Source of the DNA: Lytechinus pictus
Taxonomy: Eukaryota
Reading direction: 5' to 3'
Assembly: GCF_037042905.1 (NCBI RefSeq)
Contig: NC_087254.1
Location: 19,592,001 to 19,656,000 of the forward strand
DNA length: 64,000 nt
Positions 24,901 to 39,900 of the stretch are shown piece by piece; positions within the stretch are counted from its first letter, which is position 1; each line of letters begins with the position of its first letter. The notes under the pieces were generated by a model. That model made no database searches. It was not told the DNA's origin and saw nothing but the letters and a program-made list of their open reading frames with translations. The position numbers and the translations under genes are program-made.

Positions 24901-27900
24901 GGGGGGGGGGATATCATGTTTCAAAGTCTAAATGAATGCAACACATACTGCATAACAATAACATCAACATGTATTATACCTTCAATGCATTGAAAACAAA
25001 TTGGGCTGATCACAACTACTAGTTATTTATGATATCTAAAAAAGGAAGGAAGAGAGAAAACGTTTGGAAGAAAATGAAGAGGAGTTTTTACAATTATGAA
25101 TAATTTATTGAAAGCAAAAGAATTAACAATATCATGAGTGAATATGGACAACAAGACTATGATACACTGATCATAAGAAATATAGGTATATCATAAAAAG
25201 ACTATTTAGATGATGATTGCTCATAAAATAAATTTACATTTCACCAATAAATAACTTTTATATTAGGATACTTTCTCCAGTTTGTTTCTCAAATATTATA
25301 TAAAACATGATAAATATTTTTTAATGAAAAGGATCTATGCATACTGCGCCATTTCTCTTGCATCCTATCATTCATTTAAAGTCACCAAATATTGTTCAAG
25401 ATAAACAGAAAATTTCCTAAATCAGCAAAGATATGGAAGCATCAATATCACTTTTTTAAGCAAAATGGCAGATTGCTAACTTCTTCACATTTTTTTTGTC
25501 CATCTTACTTTATTTTAAAAGATAAATGCAGCAAGGAAAGAAAGATACCGAGTGTTGCATTTGAGGAAGAGAGGTTTTAACTTAAGGCTTGGAAATTGCT
25601 GGAAATGAAAAGCCTTGATGAATGCAACAAATTGAATTGATTGTTTGAATTACAATGACTACAAGGTGGAACTTGATGTAACATACTATAATTTCACAAT
25701 TTCGAACTTGAATGACTAATGATCGGTACAGATAAAAGGTTGACAATGACAAACTGATGGATGAAACTCACTTTTGCATCTCTTTGAGTTTTCAATATCA
25801 AGACAAAACATTATCAGAGATTTTAAAAATCATACAGCCTCATTGCACAAGGTAACATCTTATCTCATTGCAATAGAAGCGTTTGAAGAAAAAAATAAAA
25901 CATTCCTCAATTAAGTTTAGGTTTTTTCCACTCATGATATAGGTTTTGAAACAGGATGGGTGTATTGAAGGTTGTATGATGATTAAAAAAAACTGATATA
26001 GTGAAAAATTGTTTGGTTTAGACAAACACAAAAGGTTAATGTTTTTCTAGAAATTGAAAAAAATGAAAAACGTTATTGTAACATGATAAAGGAGGTAAAT
26101 TCATTGGAATTGACGTCTTTGAACAATGAATAAAAAATGTAGCTTCTGGCTCAGGGACGTTTAAATAAAAACATTAAGAGTTTTAAAAAATGTAATACTG
26201 TGTGACAAAGAAAGGTTACCATCCACCCAAACGGGCCATTGCTCTAAGAGTACAATTACATGAATGAAAAGCAACACTAAAAATAAAGAACTACTAGAAA
26301 TGGTTTAGTAAACTCAGTTCTGCAGCAAACACAACAAAATTTAAGAGGGAAAATATCAAGTTATTTCTCTATACATGTCTATTTCGTATCACACAAGATC
26401 CCTTTTCTTTATATAGCAAAGATACTGATGCTATAACAATGGACAAAACATGTCTTTATCAATTTTTCACCTTTCTTTTTGATGAAGAATACTTATTTTC
26501 AAAGAATGTTCACTCGGTGTTTTACTGACAAGCTTTCTACTACCATCAGGGTTAAATAGCTAATGCACATGTATTTTTTGTTTTGCTGTTGCATATTCTA
26601 AATCTAGTGATGTTTGGTTAAAAAGAAGTTATCCCCTCTACACACATTCTGGGGAACCATCATTTCATAAGACATACAATTATGGTCATGGTAGTTTTTG
26701 CTATTATTGTAAATACCATGGAAACTTTGATTGGCTGCTAAGCCCTGTTACCATCGTAGTTGCCATGATTACCACAATTGCTAGTCTTTGTGAAACTGGG
26801 CCATGGAGAGTAAACATGACTGTAAAACTCACAAACTACAACGACCTAGTGAAAAAGAACATGAAGATATAACACAAAAAATACCTGGTTGGTTCATTCT
26901 TGAGTCCAGCTCTGTTTTCAATCGTTCGACTTCAGCATTGAGTTTTCTATATTCCTACACAAAGAAAGGAAACGGTAAACCAGTAGGAAAGTAAAAACGG
27001 GACATTTTGAAAACAACTAGAATAATCAAAATCTAAAATTCACATATTGTCTGACTACACTAATAAGTGAGCATTGAAACCGTAGCTCAAACTGTACAAA
27101 TGATCAAGCCACATATGAAACTGAAGTTGAAAATCATTTCGATAAAAATATGAAAGAGTAGAGGGGACACCTTGTTGTGAAATACTTTGTTATTGCAAAC
27201 GATTTTTAAATTACTGATGATTCTCTGTTAAATGAACTATCAAAATTAGAATAGAATTAAACAAAGTGAAAAAATCAGGCCTTTCACAAAAGTTATTGTG
27301 TAAACTTGAGTCAATGCGATCAGAGCAATGAGAGAAAATGACATCACTTACATCTTTACATGTATCAAGACTTGTGAAATCATCAGGATGCGCCTCATGA
27401 TCTTGTTTGGCAGGAATAGGCTTGAAATTAGGGCTAAGAACGAATCCTGCAGACTCAAAGATTTTATGTAACATCTTCTTATAGCCCTGCATATCACAAA
27501 GAGGGAGAGAGAGTTTTAGAAATAAAGAAATGGAAACAAAATAGATGGGGATAAAACAGAGAGAATAAGATTTATAACTATGAATAATGAATAGTACAAG
27601 TCCCATTAAAACAAGCAGATTCAACAGCGAAATTCAAATCCATGTCAAAAACCTACCTTTTTGTTAAATAGCCTTTTCCCTCGCATGTGAAGCCCCTGAA
27701 CTGTCTACAATCTACTGTGAACTATACATTTACTTTAGTTTTTTGCTGAAATTCCTTCTCTCTTTCTATTTTTTCCTAAGCGCTTAGAGACATGTTTTGT
27801 GATAAGCGCTACACAAATAATGTTAATTATTAATTATTATTGGAAATTTGCGTGTTTGCTAACAGAGATACAAATGTTTCATGGACATCTGCACTGCCCT

Positions 27901-30900
27901 CACAGGTAATTAATCTATTTTGGTCTACACATACAGTTACAGATACTAACTGACACTTCAGCCCACATCAAGTACCTATTTGATGAATTTTTTAGCAGAT
28001 TAATTGCACAACCCTGTTCAGATAGCATGTTTGGCAGACAAGAATTTCTGACTGTGACCTAAATTCCCTTACTTTATCTTACCACAACATTCAAAAGTTT
28101 ATTATAATATATATTCATAACTCTTATTATTCAGGGAAGGAGAGCATAGGAATTTACTAGTTATGTTTCTTTTTTAAACAATGAACAGCTTTATCTCTTT
28201 AACCTTGGGACACTGTTTTATGATCCATCTACTCCATGATAATATTAGCCAACATTCATAGTGATTTGCCTTTTAAATCAAGGATAGAATTCTTAACTTA
28301 ACTAGGAATTGCACATTTTCCACATCTTGAGGAGTATTTGGTCTTGTGTAAACATGTCTGGTATCAGTACCTAACTACTGATAGCATGGGTCCTACCCCA
28401 GACACAACAAAGAACAAAATTAAAAGGTACAGGGACCTGTTGCAATAGAAGTGCATTCAAACACAACTAAAAAAAAACAAGCACAAGTCGAAAATGAGTA
28501 CTTCTAACTGATTGAAAATCCAAGTTGCGTTTGATTTTTGGAGTAACATCTGATTGCAAACCTTTCTGAAATGAACCCCTGGGGCCTGTAACACATATCT
28601 TAGCGATTGATCAAAGGACTGATTTGTACGATTGGTTGTACACAATAATCAATGCAATCAATCAGAGGATTCAGCTCCATGATCAATTGCTAAGCTTTAT
28701 GTTACAAGGTCCCGGTGGGTGTTTCATTAAGCTGTCCGTAAGTTAAGAGCGACTTTAAGAACGACTGGTGATCCTTTCTTGTGGCAAATGGTAGATTCAT
28801 TGGCAATGGTTTAGAGCGTAAAAAGGATCACCAGTCGTTCTTAAAGTCGCTCCTAACTTACGAACAGCTTTATGAAACGGACCCCTGGTCTTCTTAAAAC
28901 CAAGATGTGTTTGATTTTTAGAGTAACATTTGATTGTAACCCTTTATGACATGGACCCCAGGGTCCTGTAATATATATCTTAGTAATTGATCGTGGAGCC
29001 GATTTGTACGATTGCTCATACATAATAATCAATGTAATCAATCAGTCCCACAATTGACTGCAACCCTTTCTACTACCAGACCCTAGTCTTGAGACAACCT
29101 TGAGGATGTACCTGTTGGGTGACTTCTTCTCTATACAACCTTCCTTCTAACTCATTCCACTCGGCTTGTAAGTCTTCGTCCAAATTGGGATAAACTGGAG
29201 AGAAAGGAGGAAAAAGGATACACAAACTAATTTATTAACATAAAAATCTTATGGTGTGGCCATGCTTCATTAGGGGGGTCATTGTTTGTTAGTAATCTAC
29301 TACTAGATGTTAGGCCCACACGCTGCATACCAGTAATAGTATCAAGAACATGGCAGCATTGCACACTAAACCAAAACACTTTTATTAATGTATATATCTG
29401 ATTTACAGAGAACCATAAGAGATTTTAAGGACTAATAGAAATTAAAGAAGAGCATTCTAGTCTGCCTTACTAATGGAGTGTTGCAAGAAACTTGCAACTG
29501 ATTGGAAGTCAACTTTAGATCCCCAAATCAATCATAAGTCTTGCCATTATCAAATTTGCTTTTGGTCGCTGAGCTGCTACTTGTATTAACAAGTATATAT
29601 CGATTTGTTTTAGTTGAAGTTGATCTATCACTTGTAAATATGCAACTAAAATGTACAATTGATTGCAAATATTTTCTTGCAACACCCCCTAAGAGTTGTG
29701 ATAGATTCAAATCAATATCAAATTGTTTCTGAACTAAAATTCCTATTTCTCAACTACCCATATTCTTTGAAAGATGAGCCAAAGCAAGTCTTTGAATGGA
29801 CTTTGATTAATACTTTGTGGAAAGGATTGCTCTATGCGGTGACAATTAAGTGTATTACAGGGCCTTTGCAATGAAACAGAAACAGCTATTTTAAACTATC
29901 CATAGAATTGCTGGTGCACTTATATTTCTTATTTCCATGAAACTAATAATGCACATTCAAATGGGCAGAGATAAACTTTTGCTCATCTTATCATGTAATA
30001 ATGATAATAATAGTCAGTTTTATGAAGCGCATTTATCACATGATATAACTTTGTCTCTATGCACTTCAGAATATAAAGGAAAGAATCAGATATGCTGCTC
30101 AGTTCACTTTGTTGAATTGAGGTACAATTTGATTAAGAACTGTTTTAAATTAATCTTCTGCATCAATGCATTTGGTACTGTTATAATGGCTCTGCATCAT
30201 AATTAATTGGGTAAAACCATAATATATGGATGGAGCTACTGTCATGAAAGAGAAGGGGAATGATATCATGAAACTTACCAAGCATTGAGTGTTCATGGCA
30301 AACCAGTGGCGTAAGGAAAGTCATGGCATATTCACACGTAACAGGTTCCCCAACGGAGTCAATCTCATTCTTTGAACCACATTTCAGTTGTACCTATCAA
30401 AGAGAGAAAAGGGCATTCCAGAAAACAATGTATAACAACACTGGGAAATAGAAATATCAGTAATTCTCAATTGATAACTACCACAGTATCATGATTTATA
30501 ATAATAATAATAAATTGGTACTTATATAGCACATAATCAATTAAAATTGCTCTATGCGCTTTATACAAATTGCTCTCCAATATTACAATTACAATTACAC
30601 TTCAACAAAAATAAGTATGTTTTCAAATGTTATCCAATTATTATGTTCAGAGGGTTGTGGGTATTAATCCCAGTTAAGGCACGATTTCTTTCAACAAGAA
30701 ATCAATCCACACTCTGCTTTTAACCCAGGAGAAGTAAATGGGGACTGGCAGGAATCTACTCCTTGAAACATAGAAGAAGCATGGAACAGCTGCTATGCTA
30801 AGCCAGGATAATTATGCTGCATCACTGAAGATAGCTTGAAGACTTCAGATACAGTGAGCGCTTTATAAGCAAAGTATAATGCTCAAATGTGAGTATTTGA

Positions 30901-33900
30901 AAGGCATTTAGACAAAGAAGGCCACTCATAAATCCCATGCTCGCTGGGATGGCAGTACAAATTTCAACAACCATTCAACTCATATTTCTAATGAACATTA
31001 ACAAAGCCTGAATTATGACAAGTTTGAAAGACAGAGTCTAATATAGTCTTGTCCCTGAAAATATGTAAATTTATCAATTAAATAAGGTACTCACTTTAAT
31101 TTGTCTAGTTTTTTCTCCGCAATCATCACCGTCTTTAAATACCATGGCATGGAATGTGTTATTAACTATTTCCCATTCTTCATAGATCCTGTATAAAAAT
31201 AAAAAGAAATGCTATACTTCTAGTATCTTTAGATCACATTATCCCAGCATAACTACCCACAGGATGTCAAAGAATATAAGAGGAAAAAAATGGAGGAATC
31301 AACTTTAATGAGCGATGCAGGTCAATCATTCATCTTAAGATCATTGAGTAAGAAAAAAAAAGACTTAAAACTTTGGAAAATATAAATGGTTAAATCAACT
31401 ATAACACAGACCTCCCCCTCGAAACTAAACTAAAAGGTAATTATAACCAATCAGATACACCTTTGTCTTTGCTTGTACAAGAAAATGTCAACATGATTTT
31501 ATAATTCCTCAAAATAAAACTCTTCATGGTTTATTTTCGGAAAAGTACAATGATGTTTATCCCCCCCCCCAAAAAAAAAAAAAGATTAAGATTAAAATAG
31601 TATAGACTTACCCTAGAATTCCACTGTATGGATTCCATCTTAAACTCTGCTCATGTTGCGTAACATTTTGAAAAGGACATAATTCATACTTGTAACTATA
31701 ATGTAAAACAAAAAAGAGAAGAGGGAAAAAAACACATTGGAAATGAATATATACAAACAATAACATCTTTAGATAGAAGATCATATTCTCACAGTATACA
31801 TAGTATTATCTCATCACACCTAAGGCTATTCTGTGTAAGAGTAACAGGTTTAAAAATGATTTATTGAACCAACTAAAATTATATTTATATTTGGTTCAGA
31901 ATGATTACAAAAAATATTTAAGAGAATTAGTAAGAAACCAATGATGTATGGTTGCATGATATCCCCATAATTTAGAAATATTTTCACAAGAAAACTTCTT
32001 ACATAATGCTCTTGGGTTTCAAAAATGAGGCAAACACATACACTCATCTACAAAACATATTTTTGATACTTCATTCAGCACTTTGCATCAATAGAAATCA
32101 ACTTGAACCTTGATTGCAGGGGTCCTTTAAATAAAAAAAAAACATTCTGGAGCTTGGGTTGTTCAAGTGCAACTCTTTATCACCTCTACATCCATAAATG
32201 CTACAGGTCACAGAGCAAAAAGACACTTATCATAATGACTACTGGTCAGATATTCAAATGGTGAAAGGCCCAGATCACATTATGACAACACATATACTCA
32301 CTCATTTTGTACAAATGAAAAGCATTTTCCTTTTAATCTCTGTAAATGTGGCGGACCTGCAAAATAATTATAGGATAAATATATGTAATATGTATAATTC
32401 AGAAGTAGAACTTGGTCACATTTCATAAAGATTTGTTATAGTGATTTTACATGCACAATTTCTACAACAAATTTACTATTGTCCAATCAGATTGAAGTAT
32501 TTCAGTAGCTTTTAATTGTTCAAGGAAATTCCTTATCATAACAAGTTATATGAACTGGCCACTGTATTTTTATCAACTTATACTGCCTGAATTAAATGAG
32601 ATTCTTTAAAATTTTCTTCCAATGAAATGATATGACAGTAATACAAAAAAAATATAAAACCAAAATTGGCAAAAGTCGAAGTGTAAACTCATATCACTCT
32701 TCAGAGGGAAATATCTCACATTTCAAATAATTGAGGCATAGTATTTTCAGTGTTCAATGGGCATACATTCTCTACCTGTTTTTATTTTTATTCTTTTACT
32801 TGCGCATTCAATCTAAGATCAGAGTAGAATATCTCTGTCTTCCATACCTGAAAAATTTGAAAACTGAACTTTTGGAACAAGTGTTTTAGGCTGGGATGGT
32901 GCATTCCATTGTTGATTTCTGATGAGAGAAAATAATGAAAACACGATTTGTATTAGATGCAAAAAAAAATTATGATTATAAAATAGGTAACCAGTGGCAA
33001 AATGATAATGGTAATCCTGGTCAAGAACCATATATGTAGTTCTAAACAAAATACTTCATCATAAATATTTATTAATTGGGAGTATGAGAAGAGTCATTTA
33101 TGCAGTGAGTGATGATATACTTATGGAAAGTCACAGTAACCATATACAGTAGTGATATATTTGAATCAAGGGAAAATTTTGAATCAGTAAACTGTATTTT
33201 TACAGAACAATTGTTAACATGATCAATAATATTTTAGATGAAGTACTGCGCATTGCTGCACAAATGAATATCTACTAGCTGGTCATTAGTATAAATGCAG
33301 AGAATACTTTTGTTGCTGAATATTATAATTAAGAAAGTCAAATCCATGCTACAATGTATGTACAAAACAGTTTGTAAGTTTTCTGCCCAAACCAACCAAT
33401 GACAGGCTATCTCACTTCCATCAATATAAGTTCATAAGCAATTACTAATCAAAAGCTAATTCAAGATACACTAACAGTCACAATTCTTTGACTTCCTGTT
33501 TCAACCAGAAAACAATAGATTTGGTCCACTGAATCTATTGTTCTCTGGTTCAAACAGGTAAAGAGGTAGTAGTCAAAGAATTGTGACTGGTACTGTACTT
33601 TCAGTAACTTACCCTAGGTTTATTGGCTCCTCAACAAGTCTCATCCGAACCTCTTCACTGGAAACTGATCCTAGTATTTAATAACATTTAAAAGAATATT
33701 TTTTTAATAAAATAAAAATAAAACACTGGCAGACAGTTTAACAAACAGGATTGTGTATAATCTTAAAAATTATTCATTACTCAACTTCCACTTATAATGA
33801 AATAGTGCAGAGGTCTGCTTCACATTAAACCGATTTTTCTCCAAGGGACCAACCAGTTTCTGCAGGAAATGGTTGAAATACCACAGCTTTATGTTTTTCT

Positions 33901-36900
33901 GATTACTTGTTTATTCTATTATCTTTCAAAGCCATCTAAGCATGACAAAATGTTACTCTTCTCATTCTTCTGCGCGATTTGCGTGCTGTCGCCAAGCGAA
34001 AGACAACGAAATCAAGATGGCGACGTAAACACTGTGGCAACTTCTTCCTGACTTTTCATAACATTTTTCTGTTTTTTTAAATGAATTCTTGTTCAACAAT
34101 GAAATCAATATCATAGAAATGTCGGAAATGAAGTTATATCCCATGTATATGATTTAGGGCTAGATCTTTTAGAAGTAATATAGTATTTGGAAAAAGGTCG
34201 GATTTTTCCTTTAAGATTTACTTACAAGAGTTGGACGAAGAGGGTGTAAAGTGTTGTCTTATCACAACATTGAAATGTACATCTCAGAACAAATAGTTCA
34301 ATTTTTGTAAAGTTATTATATTGAATATGGACTGTTATTAGAAATGAAAATTATATATAATTATGTAAATTGCTTGGGATAAAGTATACTTCCTTTTTTA
34401 TGAAATTATATTACGGAATGGTGTTATAACTTAGTAAAGAGGAAGGATCTTGTGAAAGTGATTATGTTACACGGGAAGAAAACCCGCTTGGTCAGTAGAG
34501 ATCGATTGTTTTGAGGTCATTGGTCAAGCTACTCAGTGAGGAGAGCGATCAGTCAGAGAGTCCTGTAGGATCCAGATAATTTAGATCTCAATCCTGTCGA
34601 GGTATGTTGATTGATATGTGCTATTTTATAAGAGAAGAATATCTATGTTTTGGAATATATCATCTCTAAATCATGAACTAGAATTAGAGCATTGAATCGT
34701 AATTTTTCTGTTATGTCAAGGATACCTACTACGTGGCATGTTACGTAACAATGAATGTGTGTATATATGTATCGGGTACCTATCGATTCAAGATGGTATC
34801 ACTCTTTCCTTTTTGTCTTGGAATTGCCGAATTGGAGGACTATATTTATGTAGTTGTATTTCTTTAACGTGTATTTAAATAGACGATGAGTAGAATTTAT
34901 CAATGTGAATAATTCGTAAACCGGGAGATTTGGTAAATGGTAGCCTCAAGGTTAGGCAAGGTCAAATCGTTTCGTACTGATGGTTTCGATTAATTATCGA
35001 TTTAACTTAATATTTTCGCCAGTTCAGTTATATATTTTAAAATGATACGTGATCAATTGATATTATACAATCATATATATTAAGGATTGGTGTATCGTTT
35101 ATTTATTTAGGAGTTCGAATGTTCATTTGTTGATGGAACTAGCTGGATTGTGATGATTTCTGGGTTTTCTACGAAGGTACGAAAAGTTATGAATTTTCCT
35201 TGTAATTTAATGACTGTGTTGTTCGAAGTGATATCTTATAATATTAGGATAAGAATGATTGGTGAATTTGATTTTTTTCCTTCGAGCATTGAAGGCTTTA
35301 ATGATAACTTTTTCATTAGATCACGGTGTTTGAATTAATAATTCTATTTTTTGTCAATATGATGTTAAGAACATTTACAGTTAATCGATTCTAATTTCCC
35401 TGTAAGATGTATAGAAACCTAAAAGGTATTATGATATAGTTGAATAGTTACTCATGCAAATGTATGTTATTATTTATTTTAGATTGCAGTGTTGGGTACC
35501 GGAATCTGACCCTAGAAAGTGATTGTTTTGGTCCTTGGTATGGTTTTTAACCTGTATCTGCCCTAGTCGGGTGAGTCAAGATGGCCGTACTTAAAAGATT
35601 GATACGTGCAGCATTTTTTACCAAAATTAACGGTGTTTTGTGATCGATTACGAAAGTTTGAATTTGTTGACATATATAAAAGATTGATATATTTGGAAGA
35701 ATGTTTCCAAAGTTTGCTATATAAATTGTGAATTCATATATTTTACAATGAAAGAAACTATTGCAAAAGAGGTCGATTCAAGCTTAGAAACATATAATAT
35801 CTATGATATTTGTGACTATTTAATTATCGATAGTTGTATTAATAACTTGTTATAAATATTATTACTTTTCGCATATTATCGAGCGCAGACTGATATCTAG
35901 TTATATAATTGCAGATCATTAAAAAAATAAAAATAAACGCAATGTAGTGGCCTGCTCAGTGATCGACAGGTGTACTCGTAATATTAAGAGTTTATATTCT
36001 GTCTTGACATGTAAATGCTTTATTCATGCTGTAATGATATTTTGAACATTATACTCATGTTCTTTATTGTTTCTCTCTTTTCTGCTTGCAGAGGTTTTTT
36101 TTCCAATTTGTTATATACTGAACAACTGTTGTGCTCAAGTGGGAAATTAAATTCCGCTCACAACCTACAACTCTCGTCGTATCGTGTCTTGTGTTCTGGA
36201 GTGTCCTGACAACTTCCCCCAAAACCCAGAATACTACAAGTGGTGTCAGAAGTGGGATAGAACTTGAGCATCGATAGACGGCAACTAAGAAGCAAGAAAA
36301 GAAGAACATCATTAGACGGAAACCAAGAAGCAAGAAAGAAAACCTCCGACTTTGGTTGTATGGTAAACGTAGTGTAATTTTACTGTGGAAGAAAATACTA
36401 CTTTTGAAACAAATGCCATAGTTTTTTTTCCTAATTGTAGACAGCAGGTTCCATTTGTTTGAATCATACTTACTGAGTGAGGATGCCAAGGAACACTAAC
36501 TCAGAGGATGATGCTCCAAGGGGAGCTACGGCCCAGCCCTTAGCTCCAGGTCTAGCTGAAATGATGGCAGCATTGACGGGGGCTTTCCAAAGTCTGCAAT
36601 CACCGAGGGGTTTACCAGCGGTAAAGCTGAGTAAGTTTGGTGGGTTCCCCCGGAAACATGGAGACCCGACAATCAATGAATGGCTCCAAGAATTTGATGA
36701 ATATTGTAGCTATTATCAACTGAAGAGGAAAGAAGAGGCTCAGGTACTATTGACTCATCTGACAGATTCGGCCAAAGACGAAGCGAGGCTGTATGACTCT
36801 ACGGTCAGGGAGGACAGTACGGCATTGAAGCAGGCTTTGAAGTCTCGTTATGGCCTAAAGGAGACTGTACAACCATTGACCACGGAATTACATGCCAGAG

Positions 36901-39900
36901 TACAAAGGCCAGGTGAAACGTTGGCAGATTTCAGTAGTGCACTTATTCGCTTGCACGATCGAATGGAAGCTGCAGCGACAGGTGATGAGCGATCAGCATT
37001 GATCATGCTGAGGAACAATACATTGAAAGAACGGTTTGTAACTGGTGTGAGAGACAAACAGATTCAGAGGGAGATTCGACGTATCATGTTTAGCACTGAG
37101 GATAAATCCTTTATTGATATGCGAAGAGAAGTTCTGCGAATGTTCCAGGATGAGGACACAGTTTCTCCTAAAGCTAGTATTAGGGAATGTGAAGTAGAGG
37201 CGGCGAGAGCATCGGTAAATACTGAGGATCAGACAATTCAAAACATGAAAAGTGAGATCACCGAGTTAAAGGAGACTTTGAAAGAGGTTGTTCAAGTGAT
37301 GAAAGGCATGAAAAGCAATCCTAAACAAAACTCACCACCTTTTTGCTACAACTGTAATAAGAAAGGACACTTGAAAAGAGAATGTCGCTCACCTCCTCTC
37401 TGCTATGGATGTAAGCAAGTAGGTCACATGAGAAAGGACTGCCCCAATGGGTCAGGTACACGACAAAATCCAAGAAGTCCTCAAGGAGCAGACATGATGC
37501 CTCAAGAAGAACAAGTTCAAGGAAATGTCAGAAGCTTGTCAGCTGGTGGGAATGAGAAAACACTCAGCTTGGTATCATCGTGTCCAAAGTCAGTAGTTGG
37601 AATAGCAGGGATACCCACAGGCTGTATTCTAGACACAGGAGCAGAAGCTAGTCTTATTCCGGTATCCTACTATGAAGGGAAACTGAGGGAAGTTATTGGT
37701 CCTCTTGATGGTAGTGGCGATGGTATTAGAGTTGTTGGGATCCATGATAGCGTAGTACCGGTGGTAGGATACATCCATACCACCATGACCCTGAATGGCG
37801 AATCCTTTGAAGTAGGTTTTCTGGTTGTTAATGACGAGTTGCAAACCAAGAAGAAGACAGACTATCCTGTTCTCCTCGGCTGCAATGCACTTTGGCCAGT
37901 AGTCAAGAAGAAAGTCTACAAAGATGATGATGAGAACTGGAAACTTGTTGAGGTGGCTCTCAAGTTGTCACGTGAGAACCAAGAGGTTGCTACCCCAAAC
38001 ACTCTCTTGACCTCCAAAGAAAGGAGAATCCTCCCGCCGTTGACAGTTCATCGAGTAGAATGCCAGATGAATGATGCACCTTCCTTTGAGTATACTGAGA
38101 AGAGTATTCTGATAGGCACAGACTGTCAGGTCAACAACATCAATCCTCTAGTAGGGAAAGGACTGGATGTCTATGACACTTGTTTGGAAGCTGACGGACA
38201 AGAACTTCAAGTAACTGTTGCAAATAGGTCCACTCAACAATTAGAGATCACTCAGGGCATGGTTCTTGCATCGGCTACTCAAGTGAAGGAGCGTGATGAA
38301 ATAATTATGCAGGAGAAAAACGGACTTATCGAAGTTGACATCATGAAGGTGATGGTTGAGGCAGGAGCCAATGTAGCTGTCATTGAGAGAGATACTCAAA
38401 TCCAATCTCATCAAGAAGGTGTTGATCACCTTTGCATGGATGGGAAGAGTGTGAAATTACCAGTTGGAGTGAAGATTGAACATCTCTCAGGTGAAGAAGC
38501 TGATACTATTGCTAACCTCCTGTCGAATCATAAGTCAACTTTTGCCGAGAGTGATATGGATCTTGGAAACTGTACCGCAATACCACATCAGATCCGGACA
38601 TCAGAAGGACCACCAATCCGACTGCCCTATCGTCGAATCCCCCCAAACCATATCCCAGAGTTAAAGGCACTCCTTCAAGAAATGTTGGATAAAGGAATTA
38701 TCCAACAATCGACCAGCCCTTATGCGAGCCCGGTGGTGCCAGTCCGCAAGAAAGATGGGACGATGAGAGTTTGCATTGACTATCGTCAGCTGAACGCCAG
38801 GACGGTTCGGGACTCATTCCCCTTGCCAAGAATAGATGAAACACTGGAAGTCCTCGGAGGAGCTAAGTTCTTTAGCTCTCTTGACCTTGCTAACGGCTAT
38901 TTTCAGATAGCAATGGATGAACGTTCGATCGAGAAGACAGCTTTTAGAGTCCCCTGGGGCTTGTTTGAATTTCTACGTATGCCCCAAGGCTTGGTGAATA
39001 GCCCAAGTACGTTCCAGAGAGTCATGGAGCTGGTGTTAGGCGATCTAAATTTATCCCAGTTAGTGATTTACCTTGATGACATACTTGTTTTCTCAAGTAC
39101 CCTGGAAGAACATTTAACCAGATTGGAAGCAGTCTTCAGACGTCTAACAGAGTATGGCCTGAAATTAAAGGGAAAGAAATGTCAGTTCCTTCAACGAAAA
39201 GTCCACCATCTTGGACATGTTGTCACTGCCTCAGGAATATCAGTCGACCCAAAGAAGATTGACACAATCAAAACCTGGTCTGTACCGAAGACTGCCACTG
39301 AGTTGAGGTCTTTCCTTGGACTGGCCTCATATTATCGCCGGTTTGTTCTGGGATTCGCAAGCATTGCTGCTCCCTTGCATGCTTTGCTTGGTAATTGTCT
39401 TCCACCTTCTAAGAAATCAAAGAAGAGACATGGCAACATGGCTGGTAGACTGAAAGAATTTGTCTGGTCAGAGAAGGCAGACGAGGCATTCCGTAAGCTT
39501 AAAGACGCCTTGACGTCTACACCTGTTCTTGGATATCCACAGTTTGGAAAGAAATTTGTAGTTGAGATTGACGCCTCGCTAAAAGGACTGGGTGCTTGCC
39601 TTTCTCAACATGGAGATGATGGGAAACTTCACCCTGTGGTGTACGCAAGTCGGGGGCTACGCAATGCAGAAAGAAGTTATCCCGATTACTCTAGCTTCAA
39701 GTTAGAGCTACTGGGCTTGAAATGGGCGATTGCTGACAAATTCCGGGAATATCTCATAGGAAGCCAAGTTGAAGTTCTCACAGATCACAACCCATTGGCT
39801 CATCTGGAAACAGCAAAACTAGGGGCAACCGAACAGAGATGGGTCGCTCAACTAGCCCCGTTCGACCTCCAGATTAAGTATAGACCAGGAAGAACCAATA

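Noticed and set aside
33962-34144. [14 protein letters not shown]... as the GNPTG first exon
   Set aside because: Lies in a TTAA-ended MITE remnant and has no suitable phase-1 donor. 45928-45994 gives a better start context, signal peptide and donor.
36064-36489. 141-aa antisense ORF across U5/PBS (copy at 43499-43924)
   Set aside because: Composition reflects the A-rich leader and shows no recognisable domain. Identity between copies only reflects the recent duplication.
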